From: an uncultured Alphaproteobacteria bacterium
GTDB lineage: Bacteria > Pseudomonadota > Alphaproteobacteria > Rhizobiales > Beijerinckiaceae
Assembly: GCA_963798015.1 (NCBI GenBank)
Contig: CAWCSA010000025.1
Coordinates: forward strand, 43,971 to 107,970
Direction: 5' to 3'
Length of the DNA: 64,000 nucleotides
The notes below the pieces were generated by a model, which did not search any database, had not been told where the DNA came from, and worked only from the letters and a program-made list of their open reading frames with translations. Of the stretch, positions 1 through 9,318 are shown piece by piece; the stretch's first letter is position 1; the number at the start of each line of letters is the position of its first letter. The position numbers were made by a program, and so were the translations under genes.

Positions 1-654
1 GCGATCGCGCTGCGGTTCGCGGCTTCGATCCCCACGCTCGCCGCTGATTTCCGGCAGACGATCCGGGGCGTGCTCGCAGGCTACGTCATTGGCTCGCTCG
101 CCGGTTTCATGATCGCGGTCCTGATCGACCGCTCGCAATTTCTGCAACGCGGGCTGATGCCGATCGGCAACCTCGTTTCCGCGTTGCCGATCGTCGGCAT
201 CGCCCCGATCATGGTGATGTGGTTCGGTTTCGACTGGCAATCGAAGGCGGCGGTGGTCGTCGTGATGACCTTCTTCCCGATGCTCGTGAACACCGTGGCC
301 GGGCTCTGCGGCGCCGGCGCAATGGAGCGGGATCTGATGAAGACTTACGGCGCCAACTATTGGCAGACTTTGGTCGCGCTCCGCCTGCCCGTCGCGATGC
401 CGTTCATCTTCAACGCGCTCAAGATCAATACGACGCTCGCCATGATCGGCGCCATCGTCGCCGAGTTCTTCGGCACGCCGATCGTGGGCATGGGCTTTCG
501 CATCTCCACCGAAGTCGGCCGACTGCAAATCGACATGGTGTGGGCGACGATTGTCGTCGCCGCGATCACCGGCTCGCTGTTCTACGCGCTTGTCGCCGGC
601 ATCGAGCGCCGCGTCACGTTCTGGCACGCCTCCTATCGTGCGAGGGAGACTTGA
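1..654 (+). CDS. ABC transporter permease (nitrate/sulfonate/taurine type), 5' end outside window
   Basis: Frame 1 is open from base 1. Hydrophobic multi-pass protein with a binding-protein-dependent permease signature region (MERDLMKTYGANYWQTLVALRLPVAMPF). Followed by the cognate binding-protein gene. Confidence 0.8.
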   Translation, partial: AIALRFAASIPTLAADFRQTIRGVLAGYVIGSLAGFMIAVLIDRSQFLQRGLMPIGNLVSALPIVGIAPIMVMWFGFDWQSKAAVVVVMTFFPMLVNTVAGLCGAGAMERDLMKTYGANYWQTLVALRLPVAMPFIFNALKINTTLAMIGAIVAEFFGTPIVGMGFRISTEVGRLQIDMVWATIVVAAITGSLFYALVAGIERRVTFWHASYRARET

Positions 655-723
655 TTTATACGCGCATCGCGTGTTTTTACGCCGAGCGGCGCGGGAGGCC
701 GCGGTTCACTGGAGGGTTGTAAA

Positions 724-1716
724 ATGAGAAAAAGCTTATTCGTGTTCGCCGGCGTGGCGGCCCTCTTGGCCGCAGGCGCGGCGCAGGCGGCCGACAAGGT
801 CACGCTGCAGCTCAAATGGGTGACGGACGCGCAATTCGCCGGCTATTACGTCGCCAAGGACAAGGGCTTCTACAAAGAGGAAGGCCTCGACGTAACGATC
901 AAGCCGGGCGGCCCCGACATCGCGCCCGAGCAGGTGCTGGCGGGTGGCGGCGCCGACGTCGTCGTCGATTGGATGCCGGGGGCGCTCGCGGCGCGCGAGA
1001 AAGGTGTGCCGATGGTCAACATCGCCCAGCCGTTCAAGCATTCGGGGCTTGAACTGACCTGTCGAGCCGACACCGGCATCAAGACGCCCCAGGATCTCAA
1101 AGGCCACACGCTCGGCGTCTGGTTCTCCGGCAACGAATACCCGTTCCTCAACTGGATGAGCAAGCTCGGCCTCAAGACCGACGGGTCCCCAGGCGGCGTC
1201 AAGGTGCTGAAGCAGAACTTCAACGTCGACCCGCTCATCCAGAAGCAGGCCGATTGCATCTCGACCATGACCTACAACGAATATTGGCAGGTGATCGACG
1301 CCGGTTACAAACCCTCGCAACTTGTCGTGTTCAAGTACGAGGACGAGGGCGTCGCGACCCTCGAGGACGGCCTCTACGTGCTGCAGGACAAGCTCAAGGA
1401 CCCGGCCTTCGTCGACACGATGGCCCGGTTCGTGAAGGCGTCGATGAAGGGTTGGGATTACGCGCGCGCCCATCCCGAAGAAGCAGTCAAGATCGTGCTC
1501 GACAACGATTCGTCCGGCGCCCAGACCGAGCATCACCAGACACAGATGATGAGCGAGATCAACAAGCTGACCCAAGGCTCGGACGGCAGGCTCGACAAGG
1601 CCGACTACGAGCGCACGGTGAAGACGCTGCTCACCGGCGGCTCCGACCCGGTCATCTCCAAGGAGCCGACCGGCGCCTATACGACCGCGGTCACCGACAA
1701 GGCGCTGGGCAAGTAA
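724..1716 (+). CDS. ABC transporter substrate-binding protein, NMT1/THI5-like
   Basis: 330 aa with signal peptide MRKSLFVFAGVAALLAAGAAQA. Family-typical LQLKWVTDAQFAGYYVAKDKGFYKEEGLDV. Lies directly after the permease. Confidence 0.8.
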   Translation: MRKSLFVFAGVAALLAAGAAQAADKVTLQLKWVTDAQFAGYYVAKDKGFYKEEGLDVTIKPGGPDIAPEQVLAGGGADVVVDWMPGALAAREKGVPMVNIAQPFKHSGLELTCRADTGIKTPQDLKGHTLGVWFSGNEYPFLNWMSKLGLKTDGSPGGVKVLKQNFNVDPLIQKQADCISTMTYNEYWQVIDAGYKPSQLVVFKYEDEGVATLEDGLYVLQDKLKDPAFVDTMARFVKASMKGWDYARAHPEEAVKIVLDNDSSGAQTEHHQTQMMSEINKLTQGSDGRLDKADYERTVKTLLTGGSDPVISKEPTGAYTTAVTDKALGK

Positions 1717-1729
1717 GCCGCTCGAACGT

Positions 1730-1758
1730 CCCCTCGCCCCGCGTGAGCGGGGGAGGGG
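1730..1758. terminator. GC-rich hairpin between convergent genes
   Basis: cccctcgccccgc-gtga-gcgggggagggg followed by ttt. Sits between the stop at 1716 (+) and the stop at 1761 (-). Confidence 0.5.
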
Positions 1759-1760
1759 TT

Positions 1761-2051
1761 TCAGTCCGGCGCTTCGACGCTGACAAGCCGCGCTGAACTG
1801 CAGGAGTCACGGATCGCCTTCAGTCCCTGGTAAGTTGGCCCCTCATAGAAAGTCTCGAAGGCCGCGACTGAGGGAAACTGCAGAATGACGATGCGCCGGG
1901 GCTTCCAGTCCCCTTCGTAAACCTTCATGGCGCCGCCGCGCGCCAGGTATTTCGCGCCTGCCGCAATCAGTGCGGGCTTCACCCGGTCCATGAATTCCTG
2001 GTACCGCACCGCGTCCTGGACCTCGACATCGAAAATTACAAAGGCCGTCAT
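1761..2051 (-). CDS. DUF1330 domain protein
   Basis: 96 aa. MTAFVIFDVEVQD..YQEF..V.P.I...G.KYLARGG...V.EGDW.P.R.VILQFPS is the characteristic DUF1330 pattern. Confidence 0.8.
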   Translation of the reverse strand: MTAFVIFDVEVQDAVRYQEFMDRVKPALIAAGAKYLARGGAMKVYEGDWKPRRIVILQFPSVAAFETFYEGPTYQGLKAIRDSCSSARLVSVEAPD

Positions 2052-2078
2052 CTTCTCTCCCAGCGTGAAACGGCGCTC

Positions 2079-3176
2079 TCAAGCGGCTTTCGCTCCGGCG
2101 CTGACGCTGCGCTGTGCGCCGCGCTCGCGCACGAGGTCATGAATGAAGCGCAGCTTCTCCACGACCGCGCGTGCGATGACGAACGGGTAGAGATCGGGCC
2201 TGCCCATGGCCCGATTGACGCTATTCATGGCGACGACGAAAGGCGCCCAGGCGTCGACGATCCGCTCGATCGAACCCTCTGAATAGGGGTCGAAATTGAG
2301 CTTGGCGAAATGCGAGCCCTCCCTGTCAAGCGCCGGCGCGATCCTGAGCCCGAACGCGCTCGCCGTTTCGAGCGTGTCGACGATGTGCAGGTAATGCGCC
2401 CAGGTTTCGGCGAAATCCTCCCATGGGTGCGAGGTCGCGTAAGCTGAAACGAAGCGCTCCGGCCAATTGGCAGGCGCGCCCTGCTCGTAATGGCGTTTGA
2501 GAGCCGCCTCGTAGTCTTGCGTATCGTCACCGAATGCGGCGCGGCATTGCTCGAGCTTGCCGCCGTCGCGCACCAGGATATCCCAATAATGGTGCCCGAC
2601 CTCGTGCCGGAAATGGCCGAGCAGGCTGCGATAGGGCTCGGCCAATTCGGCCCGGCGTCTCTCGATCTCGGCGCTGTCGGCCTCGGCAAGCGCGATCGTC
2701 ACCACGCCGTCGTCATGGCCGGTCATCACTTTTGGACCGGAAGGGTGGGGAGGATCGGCCAGGAATTCGAACATCAAACCGTGGCTCGGATCCTCGGCCC
2801 GGGTCTTCAGCGGCAGCTTCCAGCGAAGCAGGCTGTAGAACAGCCGGTGCTTGGCGAGCTCGATGTCTCGCCATGCGGTGAGATGCGAGGCTTGAGAAAT
2901 GTCGGGAATCGTATCGTTGTGGCGGCAGGCAACGCAAAGCCGGTCCTGGCCCTCGGCCGCCGTCAGCCAGTTGCAGACGTCGTAGTCCGCGTTGGCGCAG
3001 AAGCGGCGCGGCCCGCGTTCTCCCACCAATGGCGTCCAGGACTCGCCGCCCGCGGGCTCAAGTGCGGCCATGATTTCGAGCTCGGGGACATAGCCAAGCC
3101 GATGGCCGCATCGCCCGCAGGTTCGATTCTCGAAGTAAATGATGTTGTCGCAAACCTGGCAGCGAAACAATTTCAT
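2079..3176 (-). CDS. Putative zinc-binding metallopeptidase with N-terminal zinc ribbon
   Basis: N-terminus MKLFRCQVCDNIIYFENRTCGRCGH (CxxC..CxxC) and an HExxH motif (HEVGHHYWD). Start set at ATG 3176; the ORF-track start at 3185 is a TTG. Confidence 0.75.
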   Translation of the reverse strand: MKLFRCQVCDNIIYFENRTCGRCGHRLGYVPELEIMAALEPAGGESWTPLVGERGPRRFCANADYDVCNWLTAAEGQDRLCVACRHNDTIPDISQASHLTAWRDIELAKHRLFYSLLRWKLPLKTRAEDPSHGLMFEFLADPPHPSGPKVMTGHDDGVVTIALAEADSAEIERRRAELAEPYRSLLGHFRHEVGHHYWDILVRDGGKLEQCRAAFGDDTQDYEAALKRHYEQGAPANWPERFVSAYATSHPWEDFAETWAHYLHIVDTLETASAFGLRIAPALDREGSHFAKLNFDPYSEGSIERIVDAWAPFVVAMNSVNRAMGRPDLYPFVIARAVVEKLRFIHDLVRERGAQRSVSAGAKAA

Positions 3177-3323
3177 GAAAAGCAATCCTCGGCCGGCCTA
3201 TCAAGCGCCCGGAACTCGCGAGGCGTCAAATCGTTCCCATGTTTCGGCCCCGAGATCAGGCTTGGAAGTCGCCTCTTCTGCTGCGAAAAGGGGAGCCTCG
3301 CCACGGCCCCATGGAGTTAGTCA

Positions 3324-3563
3324 ATGCGAGTGAAGCTGTTTTCCTTGGCCGCGACCACGCCGATCCAGTCGCTTGAGAACGACATCAATGAGTTCCTGGA
3401 ATCGGAGCGGCCGCATGTAACCTATGTCAGCGTGAGCTCGAGCGACATCGAGAGGGTCGCTTCCGTCTGGTACGAAGAGCCGCATCATCGGACTGTCGAA
3501 CAGACGATGGCGGAACTGGAGGAATTGGTGGAAGAGCCCGGCAGCGAGGGCAATTTGGCGTGA
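3324..3563 (+). CDS. Hypothetical small acidic protein
   Basis: 79-aa ORF with host-like codon usage. No family recognised. Confidence 0.4.
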   Translation: MRVKLFSLAATTPIQSLENDINEFLESERPHVTYVSVSSSDIERVASVWYEEPHHRTVEQTMAELEELVEEPGSEGNLA

Positions 3564-3604
3564 GCCACGGCGTGGCGCTTGTTGAAGCGAACCTTCCCAT
3601 GCTT

Positions 3605-3679
3605 GTCATGCCCGTGAAAAGCGGGCATCCAGAAAGGTGTTCGCCGTGCTCTAAATTCCCGCGTGCAAGCGGGGATGAC
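3605..3679. repeat. Pair of inverted REP-like hairpins
   Basis: gtcatgcccgtgaaaagcgggcatcc at the left. The reverse complement of the right arm reads gtcatccccgcttgcacgcgggaat. Each arm is itself a stem-loop. Confidence 0.45.
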
Positions 3680-3785
3680 AACCTGGTCAGCTGGCTTCCG
3701 GACGAGGCTGGCGGCGACTTGGTCTGATTTCGGTAAATCCGACATTTCCTTGCCAGTCAGCGGAAAATGTTCTATTTTCGTTCCT

Positions 3786-4337
3786 ATGACAGAGAACTCG
3801 AATTCCAATGCAGGCGACGTCCCTCACGGATCTTCCGCTCGCCGGGGCGGATCATCGGGGATACGAAGAGCCACGCAGCGCGAAAAGGTCCGGCGTGAAG
3901 AGCGGATCGTAGGTCTCCTCAATCGCGGCGCTTCGGTTCCTGAGATCGCGGCCTCCGAGGGCCTTACGCTCAAGGGGATGCGCAATGTCGTTCGCAGCAT
4001 CCTCTCCGAGCGTATGCCGCAGCCCCCAGCTGAATTCCTCGCCCTTCAGGTCAGCCGTCTCAACGAAGCGCTGCTCGTGTCTTTCGCCGCGATGCACGAC
4101 TCCAAAGAGGGTACGAACTTCGAGGCCGTCGATCGCGTCGTCAGAATTGTGCGCGAGCTCGACCGCTATCATGGATTTGCCGCTGCCCCGCGGTCGCGCG
4201 AGGAAATGGAGGCGCACCGGCTCGCGGCGCCTGTAGAGCGTCCGCTCGCGCTCGAAGGCCCACGCCCAAGTGACTCGCTAATCGTACCGCAAGCCGTTGA
4301 AAAGGCTCAATTCGGACTCGCTAATCTGGATCGCTAG
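3786..4337 (+). CDS. Hypothetical protein with helix-turn-helix-like segment
   Basis: Start moved to ATG 3786 (MTENSNS). The segment GLLNRGASVPEIAASEGLTLKGMRNVVRSIL resembles a sigma-70 region-4/LuxR-type HTH. Confidence 0.5.
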   Translation: MTENSNSNAGDVPHGSSARRGGSSGIRRATQREKVRREERIVGLLNRGASVPEIAASEGLTLKGMRNVVRSILSERMPQPPAEFLALQVSRLNEALLVSFAAMHDSKEGTNFEAVDRVVRIVRELDRYHGFAAAPRSREEMEAHRLAAPVERPLALEGPRPSDSLIVPQAVEKAQFGLANLDR

Positions 4338-4340
4338 CGT

Positions 4341-4363
4341 CCCTTCTCCCTGAGGGAGAAGGG
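4341..4363. terminator. Bidirectional hairpin between convergent genes
   Basis: Perfect 10-bp stem cccttctccc-tga-gggagaaggg between the stop at 4337 (+) and the stop at 4364 (-). Confidence 0.55.
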
Positions 4364-6049
4364 TTAACGGGGCGCGGCCCGCCTCACGATCGCTTTCGTG
4401 TCGACCCCGGTCAGCGCGCCATAATTATGCGCGCCCTTCGTCTCGATGCGTGAGCGGCAAAAGGCCTCGGCGATTGGCGATCCCGCGCGGAACAAAGCCG
4501 CCGCGTGAAGCCCGACGGCGAGACGGTCGCAGAGATCGCGGGCGCGGTTCTCGAACTGGGATGCATCACGCAGATCGTCCTTGAGCGTGCCGACATGCGC
4601 GTCGAGCGCCGCGCTCTCGCCCTTCACCGCGGAGACTTCTGCGAAATAGGCCTCCAGTGTCTGCGGCGAGCGCTGTATGGCGCGGGCGATGTCGAGGCAC
4701 TGCACGTTGCCGCTCCCCTCCCAGATCGCGTTGACCGGCGCCTCACGATAGAGGCGCGGCATCGGGCCATCCTCCATCACTCCCGAGCCGCCGAGACATT
4801 CGAGCGCTTCATAGGCGTGACCCGGCGTCCGCTTGCAGATCCAGTATTTGCCGATCGCGGAGCCGAGGCGAACCAGCGCGTCCTCATGGGCATCGTCGCG
4901 ATGATCGAGCGCGCGGGCGATGCGCATGGTGAGCGTGAGCGCAGCCTCGGCCTCGATCGCGAGGTCGGCGAGCACCGCCGTCATGAGCGGCTGGTCGATC
5001 AGGAACACGCCGAAGGCCTTGCGCTGCCGGCAATGATCGATCGCCTGCGACACCGCCATGCGCATGCCGGCGGATGATCCGATCATGCAATCGAAGCGCG
5101 TCATGGCGACCATCTCGATGATCGTCGCCACGCCCCGACCCTCCGGTCCGACCATCCAGCCGAGCGCGCCGCGGAGCTCCGTCTCGCTCGACGCATTGGA
5201 GACGTTCCCCATCTTGCGTTTGAGGCGAATGATCTGCAGCGGGTTCTTCGTCCCGTCCGGCCGCCAGCGGGGGACGAGAAAACACGAGAGGCCCCCCGGC
5301 GCCTGAGCCAGAACGAGGAACGCGTCGCACATCGGCGCTGAGACAAAGAACTTGTGGCCGACGAGTTCGTAAGCCTGGCCGGGGCCTTCCACACCCACTG
5401 GAATCGCCCGCGTGGTGTTCGCGCGCACGTCCGAGCCGCCCTGCTTCTCGGTCATCGCCATGCCGATCGTCACGCCCTCTTTCTCATCGGCGGGAACGTT
5501 GCGTGGATCGTAGACCCGCGCCTGAATCTTCGGCAGCCAGTACGCGGCGAGATCTCCCTGCAATTTGAGACAAGGACTCGCGGCGAAGGTCATAGTGATC
5601 GGGCAGCCATGGCCGGCCTCGACTTCGGTGTGCATGTAGGAGCGCGCGGCTCGCGCGACATGCGCGCCTTCGCCGGGATCGGTCCACGGCGACGAGTGAA
5701 GCCCGTCCTCGATCGAGGCTTTCATCAGCGCGTGATACGACGGATGGAAGCGGACGAGATCGACGCGCCTCCCATATCGATCGTGGGTGTCGAGCTCGGG
5801 CGGGTTCTTATTCGCCAGCGTCCCCAGCTCCAGAAATTCCGCCGATCCCGCGCGCGCCCCGAAAGCTGCGAGCGCGTCGCTGGCCCAGCCTCCGCCTTCG
5901 CGCGCAACCGCCTCCTTCAGCGCCGCGTCACCAGTGAACAGGTTATAGTCGGCAAGCTCGACCGGCTGGTTGATGACCTCGTGAGTGACGGCGCCGTAGG
6001 GATCGAGGGCCGCGCGGAAATTGTCCTGTCGATCGGCAAGGGCGTTCAT
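4364..6049 (-). CDS. aidB: AidB-like acyl-CoA dehydrogenase
   Basis: From ATG 6049 (MNALADRQDNF..): THEVINQPVEL..YNLF..D.AL.EAV.REGGGW..., NPPEL..HDRYGRRVD.VRFHPSYH. Collinear with E. coli AidB as I recall it. The upstream 146 codons of the ORF track are Arg-rich shadow sequence. Confidence 0.85.
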   Translation of the reverse strand: MNALADRQDNFRAALDPYGAVTHEVINQPVELADYNLFTGDAALKEAVAREGGGWASDALAAFGARAGSAEFLELGTLANKNPPELDTHDRYGRRVDLVRFHPSYHALMKASIEDGLHSSPWTDPGEGAHVARAARSYMHTEVEAGHGCPITMTFAASPCLKLQGDLAAYWLPKIQARVYDPRNVPADEKEGVTIGMAMTEKQGGSDVRANTTRAIPVGVEGPGQAYELVGHKFFVSAPMCDAFLVLAQAPGGLSCFLVPRWRPDGTKNPLQIIRLKRKMGNVSNASSETELRGALGWMVGPEGRGVATIIEMVAMTRFDCMIGSSAGMRMAVSQAIDHCRQRKAFGVFLIDQPLMTAVLADLAIEAEAALTLTMRIARALDHRDDAHEDALVRLGSAIGKYWICKRTPGHAYEALECLGGSGVMEDGPMPRLYREAPVNAIWEGSGNVQCLDIARAIQRSPQTLEAYFAEVSAVKGESAALDAHVGTLKDDLRDASQFENRARDLCDRLAVGLHAAALFRAGSPIAEAFCRSRIETKGAHNYGALTGVDTKAIVRRAAPR

Positions 6050-6157
6050 GGCTCGCCATCTCCTTCTTGCGCGAGAGTACTCCTCCGCTGGGAGATCGGC
6101 AAAGACGCGCCACTCCCGCTGTCGCCACGAATCGGTCGGCGTGTTAACCGGCGGCCC

Positions 6158-7024
6158 ATGCGCGCCGCTTCGCTCGACCGCCGACTGACTGCCGCCCGCG
6201 CCGACCTCGCAGCGGCGCATCTGCGAGGTCTCGTCGATGCGCCGCGCTACGCGGAGGGGCAGGGGAAGCGGATCATCGCGGCAAGCGCGCCGCTCCGGCG
6301 TTCTCCGCAAGCCGACGCGCCGCTCGAGACCGAGGCGCTCTACGGCGAAAGCGTCACCGTTTACGACGAGCAGGACGGGTGGGCCTGGGCGCAGCTCGAG
6401 CGCGACCAATATGTCGGGTATCTGCCAAGTGCGGCGCTCGGAGCGCCGTCTGCGCCAACCCATCGGGTCGCGGCGCTGCGCACCCATGCTTATCCGGGGC
6501 CCGCGATCAAGCTGCCGCCGCGCATGGCGCTCTCGCTCGGCGCGCGGCTGACGATCGTGGGGCGTGAGGGCGACTTCGCGGTCACAGCGGACGGAATGTA
6601 CCTCTGGTCGCGCAGCGTCGCTGAGCTCAGCGCGAACGAACCGGACTGGGTCGCGGTCGCGGAGCGGTTTGTCGAGACGCCCTATCTGTGGGGCGGCCGG
6701 ACGTCAGAAGGCGTTGACTGCTCGGGCCTCGTTCAGACCGCACTCATGGCGGGAGAGATCGCATCGCCACGCGACAGCGATATGATGGAGGTGGGCCTGG
6801 GCAAGCCCATCGCGCTCGACGACCCAAAGGCGCCGCTCGCGCGCGGCGATTTGGTGTTCTGGAAGGGCCACGTCGGGATCATGCGCGATCCGGTGACGCT
6901 GCTTCACGCCAACGGCTGGCACATGAAAACGGTGAGCGAGCCGCTGGCTCAAGCACGCGAGCGGATCGCCGCCAACGGCGGCGGCAAGGTCACAAGCGTT
7001 CGCAGATTGTCGGCGCGGGATTAG
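6158..7024 (+). CDS. NlpC/P60 (C40) family peptidase with SH3-like N-terminal region
   Basis: From ATG 6158. C-terminal PYLWGGRTSEGVDCSGLVQ ... GDLVFWKGHVGIM is the NlpC/P60 Cys-His core. Confidence 0.8.
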   Translation: MRAASLDRRLTAARADLAAAHLRGLVDAPRYAEGQGKRIIAASAPLRRSPQADAPLETEALYGESVTVYDEQDGWAWAQLERDQYVGYLPSAALGAPSAPTHRVAALRTHAYPGPAIKLPPRMALSLGARLTIVGREGDFAVTADGMYLWSRSVAELSANEPDWVAVAERFVETPYLWGGRTSEGVDCSGLVQTALMAGEIASPRDSDMMEVGLGKPIALDDPKAPLARGDLVFWKGHVGIMRDPVTLLHANGWHMKTVSEPLAQARERIAANGGGKVTSVRRLSARD

Positions 7025-7037
7025 GGTGCCCGGCGTG

Positions 7038-7271
7038 CTACTTCTTGGCGCCCAGGCCAATGCCGCCGAAGCGGGTATTGAAGCGCGACAAGCGGCCGCC
7101 GCGATCGAGCAGCTGCTGCGATCCGCCGGTCCAGGCCGGATGGGTGTTCGGATCGATGTCCAGGTTCAGCGTCGCGCCCTCTTCGCCATAGGTCGAGCGG
7201 GTCATGAATTCGACGCCATTGGTCATGACGACCTTGATCATGTGGTAGTTGGGGTGGATATCGGACTTCAT
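7038..7271 (-). CDS. rpmE: 50S ribosomal protein L31
   Basis: [25 protein letters not shown]......L.ID...HPAWTGG is canonical L31. Confidence 0.95.
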   Translation of the reverse strand: MKSDIHPNYHMIKVVMTNGVEFMTRSTYGEEGATLNLDIDPNTHPAWTGGSQQLLDRGGRLSRFNTRFGGIGLGAKK

Positions 7272-7296
7272 GCGTCTATCTCGGGCAAAATAAGCA

Positions 7297-7326
7297 AAGA
7301 GCCGACCGGAGATCCGGCGGCTCTTT
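7297..7326 (-). promoter_or_regulatory. 5' leader stem-loop upstream of rpmE
   Basis: The minus strand reads aagagccgccgga-tct-ccggtcggctctt, then ttgcttattttgccc, about 25 nt before the rpmE ATG. Confidence 0.35.
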
Positions 7327-7466
7327 TGGTTCGCGGTCCTATAACGCGGGCGGCCCGCTGACGCAAGCCGGTCCGAATGTGCGTAGTCGCCAAGGGTCTC
7401 GACCGCCTTGATTTAGGCAAAAAGCCGGTACCTAACGCATCGCACACCCGAGGAGCCGCTCCCGCA

Positions 7467-9272
7467 ATGTCATCCGCCGCCGACGCCGGCAGCAAAAGGT
7501 CCCGCGTCGCGCTCGGCGCCTTGAAACCGCTTGCGCCTTACGCCTTCGCCCATCGCGGTCGGATTGCGCTGGCGCTGATCGCGCTGACTATCGCTTCGGC
7601 CGCGACGCTGGTCGTGCCGATCGCGGTCAGGCGCATGATCGACTTTGGTTTCTCCGATTCCAACGCGAGCCTCATCCGAGCTTATTTTCTGGCCATGATC
7701 GGCGTCGTTGCGGTGCTCGCGCTGGCGTCCGGCGCGCGATACTATCTGGTGATGACGCTCGGCGAACGGGTGGTCGCCGATCTTCGCGCCGATCTCTTCT
7801 CCCACCTGACCCGCCTCGATCCCAGCTTTTTCGATGGCGAGAAGACCGGCGATATCGCCTCTCGCCTTTCCGCGGACACGACGCAGCTCAAGGCGAGTTT
7901 CGGGTCCTCAGCGTCGCTGGCGCTGCGCAATCTTTTCCTGTTCGTCGGCGCGATCACGATGATGGTGTTCACCAGCCCGAAACTCTCTGCCTTCGTGCTG
8001 GCGGCGATTCCTATCATCGTCTTGCCGCTCTACGCGGCCGGGCGCTCGGTGCGCGAGCGGTCTCGCCGCGCTCAGGACAGGCTCGCGGAAGCGACCGCCT
8101 TCGCCACCGAAAGCCTGTCGGCGGTGCGCGTGATGCAGTCGTTCCTGGCGGAGAAGTTCACCGCTAGCCGCTATCGCGACGCCGCCTTTGGCGCCTATGA
8201 AGCGGCGCGGGCAATGAGCGAGGCCCGCGCGTTCGTCACCGCGGCCGCGCTTTTCCTCGCTTTCGGCAGCGTTGTCGTCGTGCTTTGGCTTGGCGCGCAG
8301 GAGGTGATCGCCCATCAGATGACTGGCGGCGCGTTGTCGCAGTTCGTCCTGTTCGCCGTGTTCGGCGCCGGCGCGCTCGGACAATTGTCGGAAGTGTGGA
8401 ACGAGGTTTCACAAGCTGCAGGCGCAGCCGGGCGCATCGGCGAGATCATGGCGGTCAAGCCGCGTATCGTCGCGCCCGCTCAACCGCTCAAGCTCGCGAA
8501 GCCCGTCCGTGGCGAGCTTGCGTTCCACAATGTCTGCTTTGCTTATCCGGGACGCGCAGACGGCGCCGTCTTGCGCGACGTCAGCTTCCGCGTCGCTCCG
8601 GGGGATACTGTCGCCATCGTGGGCCCATCGGGGGCCGGCAAATCGACGTTGTTTCAGCTGGCGCTCAAATTCTACGATCCGGCGAGCGGCGCGGTCATGC
8701 TCGACGGCGTCGAGATCTCGAAGCTCGACCCCGCCGACTTGCGCGCCGATATCGCGCTCGTGCCGCAGGATGCCTTCATTTTCGGCGCCACCGTCGCCGA
8801 CAACATTGCCTATGGCGCGCCAGGCGCGACGCGCGAGGCGGTCGTCGCTGCGGCGAAGCTGGCGGCCGCGGATGGCTTCATCTCCGCCCTGCCGCAAGGC
8901 TACGACACTGCCCTGGGGGAGCGCGGCGTGACGCTGTCGGGCGGGGAGCGTCAGCGGATCGCTATCGCCCGCGCGCTCCTCAAAGACGCGCCGGTGCTAC
9001 TCTTGGACGAGGCAACCTCAGCCCTTGACGCCGAGAGCGAAACGCTGGTCCAGGGCGCGCTCGAAACGCTGATGAAGGGCCGCTCAACTCTCGTCATCGC
9101 CCACCGGCTGGCGACGATCGTCAACGCGCATCGAATCCTCGTCATTGAGGCGGGTAGCCTCGTCGAAGAAGGCTCTCACGCCTCGCTGATGGCGGCGAAC
9201 GGCCTCTACGCGCGCCTGGCCCGGCTCCAGTTCGAGACCGGCGCGGCCGCGTTGACCGCAGCCGCGCAGTAG
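7467..9272 (+). CDS. ABC exporter, fused permease/ATPase (MsbA/ABCB-like)
   Basis: Six-TM N-terminal half. Walker A GPSGAGKST, signature LSGGERQR, Walker B LLLDEATSALD. Start chosen at ATG 7467, preceded by gagga. Confidence 0.85.
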   Translation: MSSAADAGSKRSRVALGALKPLAPYAFAHRGRIALALIALTIASAATLVVPIAVRRMIDFGFSDSNASLIRAYFLAMIGVVAVLALASGARYYLVMTLGERVVADLRADLFSHLTRLDPSFFDGEKTGDIASRLSADTTQLKASFGSSASLALRNLFLFVGAITMMVFTSPKLSAFVLAAIPIIVLPLYAAGRSVRERSRRAQDRLAEATAFATESLSAVRVMQSFLAEKFTASRYRDAAFGAYEAARAMSEARAFVTAAALFLAFGSVVVVLWLGAQEVIAHQMTGGALSQFVLFAVFGAGALGQLSEVWNEVSQAAGAAGRIGEIMAVKPRIVAPAQPLKLAKPVRGELAFHNVCFAYPGRADGAVLRDVSFRVAPGDTVAIVGPSGAGKSTLFQLALKFYDPASGAVMLDGVEISKLDPADLRADIALVPQDAFIFGATVADNIAYGAPGATREAVVAAAKLAAADGFISALPQGYDTALGERGVTLSGGERQRIAIARALLKDAPVLLLDEATSALDAESETLVQGALETLMKGRSTLVIAHRLATIVNAHRILVIEAGSLVEEGSHASLMAANGLYARLARLQFETGAAALTAAAQ

Positions 9273-9318
9273 GGGTCGTGGCGTCTCGCCGTGTTCGCGC
9301 CGTGGCTCGCGTTGTGCG

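Noticed and set aside
3786-4337. Assigning the HTH protein to a named regulator family (for example a GTA or phage regulator)
   Set aside because: Only a short HTH-like segment is recognisable by eye, which is insufficient evidence without a database search.
5354-6157. N-terminal 268 codons of the 556-aa plus-strand ORF
   Set aside because: They overlap the AidB-like gene on the opposite strand and show no family resemblance. The NlpC/P60 protein starts plausibly at ATG 6158.
6050-6487. 146-codon N-terminal extension of the AidB ORF
   Set aside because: The sequence is Arg-rich and non-conserved in appearance. AidB homology begins at Met 6049, and the extension would overlap the divergent peptidase gene.
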